Of a stretch of DNA of 64,000 bases, positions 28,310 through 58,427 are shown one piece after another. A program made the translations under genes and the position numbers. The notes below the pieces were generated by a model that was not told the DNA's origin, made no database searches, and was given only the letters and a program-made list of their open reading frames with translations. Numbering within the stretch: the first letter of the stretch is position 1; every line of letters starts with the position of its first letter. Source of the DNA: the human T2T-CHM13v2.0 reference genome, Homo sapiens; the NCBI RefSeq assembly GCF_009914755.1, contig NC_060936.1. One strand, given 5' to 3'.

Positions 28310-29120
28310 TGTGGAGAACTAAAGGTGGCCACAAATTCTTTGACACTCAAGTCCCCCAAGACCTAAGGGTTTTATCTCCTCCCCTTGAATATGGGTGGCT
28401 CTGATTGCTTTATCCAAAAGTGGAAGTGACATTGTGTCAGTTTCAGATCCTGATCTTAAGAGGCTGACAGCTTCTACTTGCTGTCCCTTGGAACTCTTGC
28501 TATCGGGGAAGCCAGACGCCATTTAAAAGTCTGCCTATCCTGGCCAGGTGTGGTGGCTCACACCTGTAATCCCAGCACTTTGGGAGACCAAGGCGGGCGG
28601 ATCACTTAAAGTCAGGAGTCCAAGACCAGACTCGCCAACATGGTGAAACCGTATCTCTAATAAAAATACAAAAATTAGCTGGGCATGGTGCGGGCACCTG
28701 TAGTCCTAGCTATCAAGAGGCTGAGACAGGAGAAACACTTGAACCTGGGAGGTGGAGGTTGCATTGAGCTGAGATCGTGCCACTGCACTCCAGGCTGGGT
28801 GACAGAGCGAGACTCCATCTCAAAAAAAAAAAAAAGAAAAAAAAAATGTCTGCCTATCCTGAGACTGCCCTGCTGTGAGGAAGCCCAAGCAGTCACGTGG
28901 ACAGTGCCTGACCAGCCCCAGCTTTCAAGCCATCCAAGCCCAGTCACCAAACATGAGAGAGAAGAAGCCTTCAGGTGATTCTGGACTCCACTAACATATG
29001 ACTGATACCGCATGATACATCCCAAGTGAGAACTGCCCCATAAATCCAGAAAACCACATTGCTATCTTAAGTCCCTAAGTTTGGGGCTTATTTGTTCCAC
29101 AGCAACAGGTAACTGGAACA
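28310..29120 (+). mobile_element. MLT1F/G/H-like LTR in the 3'UTR with inserted Alu (28542-28846)
   Basis: 'ggccacaaattctttgacactc...ctccccttgaat...gaggaagcccaagc...taagtttgggg...cagcaacaggtaactggaaca'; Alu TSD gtctgcctatcct. Confidence 0.75.
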
Positions 29121-29339
29121 GAGGGCAAGCCTGATGAATGGGCACACAGACTCAGCCCATACCTTCCCTGGTTCTAATGTTCTCAGGGAGCCCGGACCAA
29201 CCCTGGGAGCCTCAGGAACTTAGGTTTCCACTGGACAGTTCTAGAAGGGCTATAGACCAAATCAGGTAACTCACCAGACCAGCCTTGGAATCTATCAAAT
29301 CTAACTGCTGAGCTACCCAATGCATTCCGATCCTCATCA

Positions 29340-29684
<345 letters not shown>

Positions 29685-30064
29685 CTAAAAAGCTGGCTTT
29701 ATGCCATTAACACTCTGTACTTTGCAGCCAATCAGAACTGACGCAGTCTGGGTGCTAGCTGCTTCAAAAGCAACCCACACCACACTTTTACCATTTCCAT
29801 ACATCAACTGCTGAGAATATGAAAATGCACAGTGACAGGTTTTAGGATCCTGCTTCAGGATTTCCTTTTCCTGGTTTGGTCACTAGAGTTGGCTATTTAT
29901 CTGTTTCTAAACAATAGCTATTTTATCGAATAGTTTAGAGACCACTATTAAATATTGTGACTGATGAAGGATCTGTGAATTTTTTTATATATGTTCTAAG
30001 AGTTACCATTTTGATACCTTTTAAAAACCAGCAGCTTTCTACTATATTCATGTAAGACAGCATG

Positions 30065-30070
30065 AATAAA
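30065..30070 (+). terminator. Candidate proximal poly(A) signal AATAAA
   Basis: AATAAA in unique 3'UTR sequence, followed by U/GU-rich 'gggttttatttggctt'. Confidence 0.5.
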
Positions 30071-30777
30071 ACCATTTTTTGATACAGGGTTTTATTTGGC
30101 TTTAAACTCAGGAACCAAGTTAATTATGCCAGATTGAACTTTGATTTTTACTACCTTTTCAAAGATATTTTAAAAAGTGGATTACTACATATGATTTCTT
30201 TGGAGCTTACATTTCTTTACTTCACGAATTCTATGTCACTGTTACAAGTTTCCATTCTGATGGCTTCTGGGCCTTTGTACCTTTGTTTTTGGTGCCTTAT
30301 TCCTAGTATGTTTCTATCACCTTAATGAGGCCGCAGATGGAGTCAGAATGTGAAATTACAAATAATCACTGGATCCATCTACTGTTTTCCATCACCTTCC
30401 CCACTGATGCTCTGGGCGAGAGAGTGATGTGTCACTTCAACTGTGTGTAATATGTCAGACACGTCCTACAATAACAGGCGTCATATTTGTATTATTTTTA
30501 GTTTACTGTAGAAAATAATGTCACCGCCAAAGGTGATGAGAGTCACGTTTTGTAGGATCTGTTTTCTTATACTTAAAGACAGACTTCTGCTACGGTAATT
30601 GCCAGTATTCATGGCTTCCTTTCTGTGTCAGAAGAGAAGGGATCTGCTTTCTCTTGGCTGATTTCACATAGCATTGGTAATAGACATGCATTTCTCTTTC
30701 TAAAGGGGAGTAACTTTTTAAACCCTTCCTGATTTTAGCCTGGCAATGTAAGTGTCCTTAATGTGACTGTTTTGATA

Positions 30778-30783
30778 ATTAAA
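30778..30783 (+). terminator. Candidate distal poly(A) signal ATTAAA
   Basis: ATTAAA with upstream TGTA and downstream U-rich 'tttcctttcttttc'; L2-derived repeat sequence starts shortly after. Confidence 0.6.
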
Positions 30784-30849
30784 AAAAGGTATATAATTTA
30801 TTTAAATCTTCATTTCCTTTCTTTTCAGAAGGTCCCCAAATCACAGTTA

Positions 30850-32100
<1,251 letters not shown>

Positions 32101-32420
32101 ACAGTTTTTGTTTTTGTTTCAGTCTTTCCCTACTCCATGAAACATTTGCGCTATATATGCGGCCAAATGGAATGTTTCTCTTTTCTCCCCTCCTCTTCCT
32201 CTTGGGAAGTCACCAAAAAAAAAAAAAAAGAAGAAAAGAAAACAAATCAGCAGCAAGAGAAAAGGACGAAAAGCTCTGGTGGCCTTGAATTTTGGAATGG
32301 CCCCTGTCCCAAGCTGGCAGGGATGAGGCTGTGTGTTGAGCTTCAGATCACAGGAAGGAGTGCACCAAATCAGGAGATGAAGGGCAGTCAGCAGGACCCA
32401 CTGGGTACCCACCGTGCAGT

Positions 32421-32903
32421 GTAAGGCCTAAAATTAAGCTCTAATATGAGGTGCTGCTTTGACATCAGGTGAAATCAGGAGTGCCTCACCCCAAGTTTCT
32501 CTCCCAGTCCTCCCTTGGCAAAGGGCGCCCAGTGAAACAGCCTTCCTTATCAAAAAGACCAGATGCAGTTCCTGCTAATCCCTGAGCGGCAGGTGTGAGT
32601 CTCCTGCCAACCCACGGAGTTGTCCAAATGAGCCAGTCACATCCTCCGGGGAACCAGGGCCTCCTCACCCTCTTGGTGCTACAAAGCCTGCCCCGCACTG
32701 GCCCTGGTTGTTCACTCTGTTTCTGTGTGGCCCTGCACGGCAAGTGGGGTCTTCCTCCCCGAGCTGTGAGTGTGTGTGACCAAAAACTGCTGCCAATCTC
32801 ATTTGCCCAGTGTTGGGTGTCATGTGTTCAGCTACCGCCATAACCCTGGGGTGGGAACTGGGAATCCCTCCCTCACCACTGAGGTAAAGAGGTTATTAAA
32901 ACA
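32421..32903 (+). mobile_element. ERVL-class solo LTR (MER54/MER74-like)
   Basis: tgtaaggcctaaaattaag...gtgctgctttgacatc...ttattaaaaca with TG...CA termini. Confidence 0.6.
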
Positions 32904-32975
32904 TCCCTACTTCAGCTGGGTGCGGTGACTCACGCCTGTAATCCCAGCACTTTGGGAGGCTGAGGTGGGTGATCA

Positions 32976-33279
<304 letters not shown>

Positions 33280-33952
33280 CTACACAAAGCCCTGCCTACT
33301 AGAGGCAATAAGGAACCATGACCACCACCCCCATTTATTCAAATTACCCACTGGAATGCACCGAGTGGGGTTTCACCCTCTGCTGCTTGTATGTTTCTCA
33401 ACCCATGTTCTAATCCCATGCAGTCATCATTCAGGAATCCCTGAGGATCCCCTGATTCAACTTCTCTTTTTTGAATAGATTAGAAATTCCTATCTTCTTT
33501 CACTTTTACTGTGACTTTTCAGCTTCCTGTTTTCCATTCCTGAGGGCTATGAATCATATTTCCAAAATAAATGATGATCTATGGAGAGGATTTTGCATTT
33601 CCAACATCCTTAGCTAATTTTAATGAATTATCATGGTCACATGATCCTAAGGCTTCAGGAATCGGAGGAAGTGGCTGACACTGACTTACCATTTTAACCA
33701 AACAATCACTGCACTTAAGCTTGGATAAGGGTCAAATAAAACTAACAGGGCTCTTATGCAAGCCCTTCCAGTCTGGTAAGTTATGAGTATTTATGTTTTA
33801 TTTCCCCCCAAAAACAATAAGACCCTCAGAGGCAAGGAACTCATCTTGGTTTTTGTCCCTTACACACCTATCTCAGTCCAGTGGTATGATGGGCACTGGA
33901 AACAAACCACCTGGTTCAAATCCTGGCTTGGTCACTTATTGGCCAAGTGGCC

Positions 33953-34335
33953 TGATATGGTTTGGCTGTGTCCCCACCCAAATCTCATCTTGAATTGTTA
34001 GCTCCCATAATTCCCATGTGTTGTGGGAGGGACCTGGTGGGAGAGAATTGAATCATGGGGGCGGTTTCCCCCATATTGTTCTCGTGGTAGTGAATATGTC
34101 TCACGAGATCTGAGGGTTTTATAAGGGGTTTCTCCTCTTGCTTGGCTCTCATTCTTGTTTTGCCTGCCACCATGTAAGATGTGGCTTTGCTCCTCCTTGC
34201 CTTTGTCATGATTGTGAGGCCTCCCCAGCCCTCCCCAGGTGACACATTGGAACTGTGAGTCAATTAAACCTTTCCTATATAAATTATCCAGTCTTTGGTA
34301 TGTCTTTATTAGCAGTGTGAGAACAGACTAATACA
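33953..34335 (+). mobile_element. THE1 solo LTR
   Basis: tgatatggtttggctgtgtccccacccaaatctcatcttgaattg...cagactaataca; TSD tggcc/tggct. Confidence 0.92.
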
Positions 34336-35596
34336 TGGCTTTGGGCAGCTTCTCATGTCTAGCCATGGTAGCTATTCTTATGATTTGGATGGTGCCCAAG
34401 CATTGCTCTCGAGCTCCAGGCCCATATATTTAACCACCTCCAGATATTCTATACTTAAATGGTTTAGAGGCAATTCAAACAGCTACAAAAGACAAATCAT
34501 GATCTCAGTTCACCCCACCCACATGTGACTTCCAGAGCTCCCAAGATCAGCCAGTAGCACCACCTGCCATCAGTTCAACTTCCCAAGCCAGAAATTCAAA
34601 GGATACCTTGATGTCTCCCTTCTCCTTCCCCGTTCTGTCCAATCTCATCTGTTCATTCAGCAAACACTTACTGAGCACCCCAGCACTGTACAGGAGCTAG
34701 GGATGAACAGGTGAATAAGAGAGGCTCTTTGGGAGGTTAGGTGCAGTGGGGCAGACAGGCAATCACGGTGAAAAGAAATGCAGTGAGGACAGCTTGGGAT
34801 ACAGAGTTTGAAAGAAACAAGCAGGATGCTGTGATAGGAGCAAGGGAGTTACTTCTGACAAGGGGCAGGGATAGTGTCTCCAAGGAAGTGACATTTACAC
34901 TAGATCTGAATATCAAGAAGGAGCCAGCTGTAATGAGTTGAAAGAAGGGCATTCCAGGAAGAGGGATGGAAAACATAAAGCTGAGGGGTGAGAGAGAAAT
35001 AAGAGTGTTCCAGAGCCTGGTGCAGGAGCACACACATGTAGTCCCAGCGACGAGAGATCATCCCTTAAGCCCAGGAGTTTGAGGCCAGCCTGGGTAACAT
35101 AGTAATAATCTATCTCAAAAAGAAAAAAAAAGAAAAGAAAAGAAATGAGTGTGCTCCAGGACCTGTCAGATGGCCAGTGCAACTATGCGGTGAGAGACAC
35201 AGTCTTGCTTGTTTTCTTACTGCCTCCTAAACTGGGTGGTTCCATCTCACTGAAACAGACGCTCAAAGAAAGGCGAAATTCACAGGCAAGCACAGCCTTG
35301 GGAGGGTTATGAAGCTGGTGAGATGTAAGCGGGCCCTCACTGGAGGAAGGGGCTGGAAACAGTGGGATGAGAGGAGGCATTCCCAACAGGACCAGCAGCA
35401 CAAGCCAGGCCCAGAAACAAATGACTATCATAGTGGAGGGAGATTAAATGGGACTGATTTGGGGAAACCTTCAAAAAGAAAAAAAGGCTGAGATGTTTGA
35501 ACCAGTTGCAAAGTTAAGATGGAGCCGTTCTTGGGGCTGACAGAGGACATGAGAAAAGCAGTGACTTAAGAAATCCCAGCCGGGTGCAGTGGCTCA

Positions 35597-35885
<289 letters not shown>

Positions 35886-35996
35886 TCAGACCGACATGAG
35901 GACGTGGGATGGGAGGGGAAGCCTGGGGAAGTGACATCATTTAGAAGTCAGCTGGGATTATATAGGAGTGACTCAGTAAGCCACCTGTGCTACTGA

Positions 35997-36221
<225 letters not shown>

Positions 36222-36947
36222 TAAATGAATTTTTAAAAATTCCTCTGAGTCCAACAGGAGGAGATTGGTTAAGTAAATTATGGCACAGTCATATAACAGG
36301 AGGGTATGCAGCTATTTTAAATGATGCCATAGCAAGATAGTTAATGGGCCAGGCACGGTGGCTCACACCTGTAATCCCAGTACTTTGGGAGGCCGAGGCG
36401 GGTGGATCACGAGGTCAGGAATTCGAAACCAGCCTGGCCATGTGGTGAAACCCCGTCTCTACTAAAAATACAAAAACCAGCTGGGTGTGGTGGTACGCGC
36501 CTGTAGTCCCAGCTGCTCAGGAGGCTCAGGCAGGAGAATCACTTGAAGTCGGGAGGCAGAGGTTGCAGTGAGCCGAGATCATGCCACTCACTGCACACCA
36601 GCCTGGGCGACACAGCAGGACTCCATCTCAAAAAAAAAAAGAAGGAAAATCCGATTGATAAAAATCTACATTTACAAAAAAAGTAAATGGGAGGGGCGAG
36701 AGTAATTTTTCTTTACAAAGGAGTTCATAAGAAGATAAGATTCCTTCAAGAACATCTGAATGAAATTGTAAGAACTGAGTCCTCCTTTTCAGGAGCTTGT
36801 CTATGGAAGAGGCACAGGGATGCGCAGACCCTGGCTGTGAGAACACTTTAGAACTCTTCTTCGTTTCCTTATTTGCAAAAGAAAAGGATTAGGCTAAGCA
36901 TGCTCTCTAAGGTACTTTTAAATTTTTTATTTATTTGATTTATTTGA

Positions 36948-37249
<302 letters not shown>

Positions 37250-37898
37250 TAATCTCAAAATGTGAGGATGGGATGGGCACGGTGGCTCACACTTGTAATC
37301 CCAGCACCTTGGGAGGCCGAGCTGGGTGGATCACGAGGTCAGGAGTTCAAGACCAGCCTGACCAACATGGTGAAACCCCATTTCTACTAAAAATACAAAA
37401 ATGAGCCGGGCATGGAGGCGGGCGCCTGTAATCCCAGCAACTCTGGAGGCTGAGGCAAGGAGAATTGCCTGAACCTGGGAGGCTGAGGTTGCAGTGAACC
37501 AAGATCACGCCAGCCTAGGTGACAGAGCCAGACTGTCTCAAAAAAAAAAAAAAGTGATAATGATAATAATCTCAAAATGCTCTCTCCATTGTATAAGATG
37601 AGACCAATTTGTACCTGACAAGTGCTTGGCAAACCACCCGTAGGTGTCAGTGAATGTACTGCATTAGCTAAGGCTGAAGTCCATACTCTGGCCTCGAAGG
37701 CCCTACTCGATCTGGCCTCTGACTGTCTCTCAAGGGGTTAGCTCACATCACTCTCCTCCTTGCCCACTATGCTCCATTCATATTGACTTTCCTTCTGTTC
37801 CTGGAACATATCAAGCTCATTCCTACCTCAGGGACTCTGCACCTGCTATTCCCTTTGCCTAGAATACTTTCTCCTAGGAAAAGTATTCAGAGAGCTAG

Positions 37899-38409
<511 letters not shown>

Positions 38410-38816
38410 TAACCACATTTCAAGGAAATTAGAAATTCATTTTCTTTTTTTTCTTTTTTTTTTTTTTTCATTTGAGACAGAGTCTCGCTCTGTCGCCAGG
38501 GCTGGAGTGCAGTGGTGCAATCTCGGCTCGCTGAAACCTCCACCTCCTGGGTTCAAGCAATTCTCCCTACCTCAGCCTCCCGAGTAGCTGGGATTACAGA
38601 CGCCTGCCACCATGCCCGGCTAATTTTTGTATTTTTAGTAGAGACAGGGTTTCGCCATGTTGGCCAGGCTGGACTCGAACTCTTGACCTTAGGTGATCTG
38701 CCTGCCTCAGCTTCCCAAAGTGTTGGGATTATAAGCGTGAGCCACCACGCCAGCCAGAAATTAATTTTTAAGAGGTAGATTTTTAAAATATTTGGAAGCT
38801 GATTGAAATATTGTAA

Positions 38817-39266
<450 letters not shown>

Positions 39267-39409
39267 TAGAGATGGGGTTTCGCCATGTTGGCCAGTCTGT
39301 TCTCGAACTCCTGGCCTCAAGAAATCTGCCCTCCTCACCTCCCAAAGTGCTGGGACTACCGGCATGAGCCACTGCGCCCGGCCAAATGGCAGATTTTGTC
39401 CAAATGGAA

Positions 39410-39474
39410 GGCTAAGGCTGACCCTAAGGCTAACCCTAACCTTAGCCCTAATGCTAACCCTAATTGGGTTAGGG
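39410..39474. repeat. Degenerate telomere-like (CCCTAA)n hexamer array
   Basis: GGCTAA GGCTGA CCCTAA GGCTAA CCCTAA CCTTAG CCCTAA TGCTAA CCCTAA then TTGGG TTAGGG. Confidence 0.7.
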
Positions 39475-40201
39475 TAAAATGACTAAAGGCAAGAGATAAG
39501 CATTCTGGATATTTCTTAGGGCAGGAAAGAAGCAACTTTTATCCTCCACTGACCCAAAGAAATTGACTGTACTTTGTCCCCCACTTCCCACTCAATTTCC
39601 TACTTTGATGCCCATTCCCCCTCCCCTTGTCCATCCCAAGCTTCACTCTGGAGACAGTAGCTAAACCTGTGCTAGTTAAACTTGACCCAGATCTGTTAGA
39701 AAAGAAGGGGCTATTGCAAGAAGCAGGGCGGCTTCAAAGAAAGCCAAAAGAAACTAACTGTACTGAGTCACCCCACTTCCCTCTCAATTTCCTATTGCCC
39801 AGAGAATGGAACTCATGAGATAGAAAAACGAGAAAAAGGGAAGCAAGTGAAGAAAGGGATAGGGCGCTACTCTCCACAAACACTTCCTGTTGGCTGTGCT
39901 GACATCACTGCATGCCATGTATCTCATGATTCGGTGTGTAGCTCACACACCTAACGCCTTAGACAACAAGAGCGAAAATCCATCTCAAAAATAAATAAAT
40001 AAATAAATAATTGGGGAAATCTCAACAGAACATTTTGTGATTCTTATGTGGACTTAAAGGTTATTCTTATCCACCTCTAAAACAACTGAAAATGCAAAAT
40101 GTTATAACACGTTGATAGTTTTGGAGTCTGAGGAGTCCTGCTTTCCTTCCTTCCCTCTTAGCGACCAATTATTATCTCTTTATTTTATTTTATTTTTTTA
40201 G

Positions 40202-40459
<258 letters not shown>

Positions 40460-41517
40460 TGAGCCACCCTGCCTGGCTATCTTTTTTTAAATTATTTTTT
40501 AGAGACATAGTCTCACCATGTTGCCCAGACTGGCTTTGAACTCCTGGGCTCAAGCCTCCTGAGTAGCTGGGACTATAGGCTATGAACTATTATCTTATGG
40601 AGGATAAAGGGAGGCATAATGAACCAGAAAAATTTGCAAGGAGACCTCCAGAATGTTTTATCAGAAACAAATGAGTTTGAGCTTTTACTCAACTGTAAAA
40701 TGGGATTCTGAGTATCACTCACGTGAAGGTGGTTTTCAAAAGATAAAATGCTGTTCAGAGCCAAAGAAACGTGCATTCTTGTTGTGTCAGATTTAGATCT
40801 GCTGGAGAATGCTTATTTAGCTAATAATCCAGTAATTGTTGAGGGATGGGAAAGACTCAACACTGTGTGTTTCAGAAAACCTGTCTTCACCAGAGAAAAA
40901 AGCAGATGGGTCTTCACAACGAGACAAGTTATATAAAAGGCACACTTTGTTATTTTGTTTTGATTCAAACTTTCAGGTAAGCTTGAAGGTGTCTGATACA
41001 AGATCACAAGAAATGTAGTTTTCTATTTTTTTTCACACTTTAAAAAAAAATTCCCCACGGTTTTTGTTTTGTTTTGTTTTTGAGACACAGTCTCACTCTG
41101 TCACCCACAGCAAGTGCAGTAGCGCGATCTCGGCTCACTGAAACCTCTGTCTCCCGGGTTCAAGCAATTCTCCTGTCTCAGCCTCCCACGTAGCTGGGAT
41201 TACAGGTGCCCACCACCATGCCTGGCTAATTTTTGTATTTTTAGTAGAGATGGGGTTTCACCATATTGGTCAGGCTGGTGTCAAACTCCTGACCTCAGGT
41301 GATCCACCCACCTTAGCCTCCCAAAATGCTGGGATTACAGGTGTGAGCCACTGTGCCCGGCTGGTTTGGGTTTTTTTGAAACAGGGTCTTGCTCTGTCAC
41401 CCAGGCTGGAGTGCAGTTGTATGATCTTAGCTCTCCACCTCCTGGGCTCAAGGGATCCTCCCACCTCAGACTCCTGAGTAGCTGGAACTACAGACATGTG
41501 CCACCACGCCTGGCTAA

Positions 41518-41826
<309 letters not shown>

Positions 41827-42069
41827 TAGTACAGGTTTAGCCATTCTCTCCAGAGTGAAGCCTGGTGTGGACAAGGGAAGGAGGAGAGGGTGTCAATGGC
41901 TTATAGAGTTCTGGCCTAATACAGCCTGTCATCAGCCTTCCTGAAGTCCATTGACTTAATCCTTCTGAAGGTGACCGACTCATCCTGTTTGGCCTCGACC
42001 TTCCCGGTTTTAGCACAGAAAGTCCCTTGTCCAGGAAACCTCTCAGTCCCAGGTAAATCAGAGGGCTGA

Positions 42070-42366
<297 letters not shown>

Positions 42367-43126
42367 TAGCCAGGATGGTCTCAATAGCCAGGATGGTCTC
42401 AATCTCCTGACCTCATAATCCACCCACCTCGGCCTCCCAAAGTGCTGAGATTACAGTCTTTTTTTTTTTTTTTTTTTTTTTTTTTGGAGCCGAAGTCTCC
42501 CTCTGTTGGTTTAGTGGTGCGATCTTGGCTCATCGCAACCTCTGCCTCACGGGTTCAAGCGATTCTCCTGCCTCAGCCTCCTGAGTAGCTGGGACTACAG
42601 GTGCATGCCACCATGCCTGGCTAATTTTTCTATTTTTAGTAGAGATAGGGTTTCCCTATGTTGGCCAGGCTGGTCTTGAACTCCTGACCTCATGATCTGC
42701 CCACCTTGGCCTCCCAAAGTGCTGAGATTACAGGCGTGAGCCACCGCGCCTGGCCTAATCTAGCACTTTAAAGACAAATACTAGGGAAGAAAAGAGATTG
42801 ATTCAAAGAATCATTCTGGTCAGGCGCGGTGGCTCACACCTGTAATCCCAACACTTTGGAAGGCCAAGGCAGGAGGTTTGCTTGAGCCCAGGAATCAAGA
42901 CCAGGCTGGGTAAAACAGTGAGACTCCATCTCTATCAAAAAAAAAAAAAAGATCATTCTCCCTGGATGAAGCAAGATGCTTCTCTTCTTTTGATGTGTAT
43001 AATTTAGATTCTAACACACGCTGTTTTGTATCTTGCCTTGCCTTTTTCCTCACTTAACATTACAGCATAAGCATTTCCTCCATATAATTAAATATACTTC
43101 ATAAACATTTTTAGGAGTAGCTTTAA

Positions 43127-43378
<252 letters not shown>

Positions 43379-43684
43379 TGATCGGCCCACCTTGGCCTCC
43401 CAAAGTGCTGGGATTACAGGTGTGAGCCACCGTGCCCGGCCTTCTCTTAAGAAAAGTAATCAACTTCAGAGTAGACATTTTTAAAAATGCAGATAAGTAT
43501 GCAGAGCAAAAATCATCTATAGTTTCACCCTTCCCAGAAAAACCAGTTAAGATTTTAATTTATGATCTGCCACACTTTTTTCTATAAACACAAAAATTTG
43601 AAGACCCAGTACACATATTGCCCTGTTATATTTTTCCATTTAATTATCTCAAATATCTTTCCACAGCATACTATCATTATTTTA

Positions 43685-44064
<380 letters not shown>

Positions 44065-44195
44065 TTATGTCTGTAATCCCAGCACTTTGGGAAGCAGAGC
44101 TGGGAGAATTGCTTCAGGCCAGGAGTTTGACATCAGCCTGGGCAACATAGTGAGACCCCATTTCTTTCTTTTTTTTTTTTTTTTTAAGAATTTTA

Positions 44196-44549
<354 letters not shown>

Positions 44550-45045
44550 TCAACCAAGTAAAACGAAATAAAATATATAGATTTTACATTATTTCCATTC
44601 TATATATTACAATTTTTTCTTCGTGGCACAGTGACATGAAATTTCATTGTGAAATTTAAAAAGAAACAAACAAAAATTTGTTGTGAAAATCACATACAGG
44701 ATTGATGAATTTGGGGCTGCCTCTTGTTTTCAGCAGTATCAGACAATTCCCCCACACTGCCTCTTGCAGTCACAGGTTATTCCCCATCCACCTTTTATTC
44801 TACGCTGCCTATCAAAGGGTGTGATCTCTGAGGTCTTTTACAGCCTAAAGACCGAATGTCAAATGTGCTAAGATGTCAAGATCCAGGTATTAGAATATGT
44901 CCAGCTCATCTGCAGGAATATCATCCTTCCCCATCTCCTCCATTTCAACAACCTGTAATTCCTCCCACCCACTGAATGGGAGAAAACATCTATAGATCAT
45001 ATATCTGATATGGAATTTGTATCTAGAATATATAAAGAAGTCTTA

Positions 45046-45495
<450 letters not shown>

Positions 45496-47049
45496 TCAGT
45501 CTCAAGCACTACCCAGGGAAAGCAACAGCAAAATTATAAAATAATTTATTCCTCACTTCTGCTATCAACTTGTTCTTTATTTAGACGTTCTGTTTCTGGA
45601 AGTATATATAATTATACTGTGTGCCACACGTATCTGTCATTCTGTTATACAATGACGTATTTCACAATGTCTATGTGCCAGATAAGCGAGTCTTACATCT
45701 TTAAATGCCTAAACATTTAATTTAAACATTTTTTCATTGTAGATTCTCCTAAACAAATGACACTGTCTCTTCTGACTGGCCTTTTGCGGCTCAAGGCCAT
45801 TGTAACAAATGTCAGTCTTACATAACCATAACCAAATGACACCCTAAGGCACACTGAGGTCTCTAAACTAAATGGCCCCAGACTGATGAGCTTTTCGGAG
45901 TTCTTGGCTCTGCTTTTTATAGAAACATTTCTTTTTTATGGGCTATTTGTGTATCGCTGCTCTTAGTATTGGTGGCCTGGGGCAACGCGTCCCACCTCCT
46001 TCTAATTTGCTGCATTCAAACAAATGTTTGTTTTACCACCTACGTTACTGGTGACATAATACATTTTTTATCTGTTAGATCCTAGGGCTATAGACATAGT
46101 CTTTTCAATTCCAAGTTTCAGAAGGCTACTAGGTTAAGTAAAAAATGAACACTTATTATGAGATTATGGGGGTATCTCAAAGGTAAAGGTGAACGGGGGG
46201 AGGAGGCAGAACCAAGAAGTGGAAGCTCAACAGAAACCAGAGGCCGTTCCCTTCGTCTCTCTCACCTCTGTGCATCTTTGCCCGGCTGTTTCATACTTTT
46301 GCTTCTGCAGATTACTGTTCTCAGCTTCTCCATGCATACGATGGTTATGTCAAATCAGTTCCAGTCACCTGCAGAGAAGAAAGAGTTGTCACTATCCCAA
46401 TGCCAAAGCCAGAGGAGAGACTGGCCCGGCTGGGTCAGTTTCCCACCTGTGGTCCAGTCAGCTGTGGCCAGGAAGATAAGGTCACATAGTATAAAAACAG
46501 CTGCTGCACCACCTCTGCGAGAAATGACAGCCTAGAGAAAGCAGGTACTGATGAACTGGCTTCACCAGCAACAAAGGAACCAGAAAATCGAAACTGCTCC
46601 AATCGCATCTGAACTAAAAAGAGGCCGGGCGCGGTGGCTCACGACTGTAACCCCACGCTTTGGGAGGCCGAGGCAGATGGATCGCTTGAACTCAGGAGTT
46701 CAAGACCAGCCTGGGCAACCTGGTGAAACCCCATCTCTACCAAAAATACAAAAAATTAGCTGGGCATGGTGGCGTGTGCATGTAGTCTTAGCTACTTGGG
46801 AGGCTGAGGTGGGAGGATTGCTCGAACCCAGGAGGCGGAGGTTGCACTGAGCCGAGATCATGCCACTGCATTCCAGTCCAGGTGACACAGGGAGACCCTG
46901 TCTCAAAAAGGAAAAAAAAAAGGTAAGCTTGGTGTGAGGGCCTGAGATGCTCCCCTGTGAAGAAGGAATATGACGTCTGGCCCCATGGATTCGTGGTATA
47001 TACTTTGCTTTTCTTGAGACCTTGGTTGTTTACTCCCTGTTTACTGGAA

Positions 47050-55610
<8,561 letters not shown>

Positions 55611-55784
55611 GGAGACTCACTGCTAGCCAGTTAACTGAACTCACATCCCTGGTTGGACCTGAAGCATTTGGGGGCAGGAGCTCCCCTGCAGCTTTTTGCT
55701 TTTGGCGTTTGCTGCTAGTGGGAGGATCAGTGCACATCTACCTTAGGGTACCTGTAAAATTACAACTGCGGAAAATATCCATAG

Positions 55785-57019
<1,235 letters not shown>

Positions 57020-57438
57020 CTCTGTAGGATTCCTTATGACGCATTCACTATCTCGGTCATGAGAATCTTTAAAGCAGTAAATGCTTTGCTTTTGTCCGTC
57101 TTGCTATAATCAAAACTGACTCAGGACCTGCATTAAGGCTCTTTTTTTTTTTAACCTCATCTCTTAACTTTTTGATGCAACTCATCTTAGTGAAATTGTG
57201 GTCTCCTCCTACAGCAACCCTCCCTCAAAAAAAGACCGAACACGCAATTCTCATCTATCTAACTCTGTTAACAATCATATGAGGAGGAAATAATCACATG
57301 ATAATGAGTGGCATGAAACCCTGTGTCTCTAAATTAAGCAACTCACTGTACTTGATGAGTACATCAGTCTTCCTGCCCCAAGCTTTTGTGTGTCAGACTG
57401 GAATTAAATGGAAGCTTACACTGCAGCTGAATTCCTAG

Positions 57439-57888
<450 letters not shown>

Positions 57889-58208
57889 TAGTAGATGTTT
57901 AACAGCAGTTCGAAGGGGAGGGGTTCTGATTTGTAGTACTGGCCAATTTCCACGGTGTCAGTACTTGCTCTGTGACCAACGATGACTCACAAACATTGTT
58001 GTAAACATTTGACCTACATTAATTCTTTTACCCTCACAAGAATCCTGTGAAGATCTACTATCATTCCCAGATTATAGATGGGAAAAACTGAGGCACAATG
58101 AGGTTAAGCACCTTGGCCAAAGTTATGCCTCGTGAATGGTGGAGCTGAGCCATGAACCAAGACCTCTGCCTCCAGTCTGTCCTAACCCCTATAAGCTAAT
58201 GCCTGTAG

Positions 58209-58427
<219 letters not shown>

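Noticed and set aside
40719-40726. TCACGTGA E-box (CLEAR-like), tempting because P2X4 is lysosomal
   Set aside because: Single 8-mer 12 kb from the TSS, expected by chance; none in the core promoter
40876-40976. Exon-like 101-nt segment (tttcag|...CAG|gtaagc) in unique intergenic DNA
   Set aside because: No recognisable protein similarity and not P2X-like; splice-like motifs at this frequency are expected by chance; needs RNA evidence
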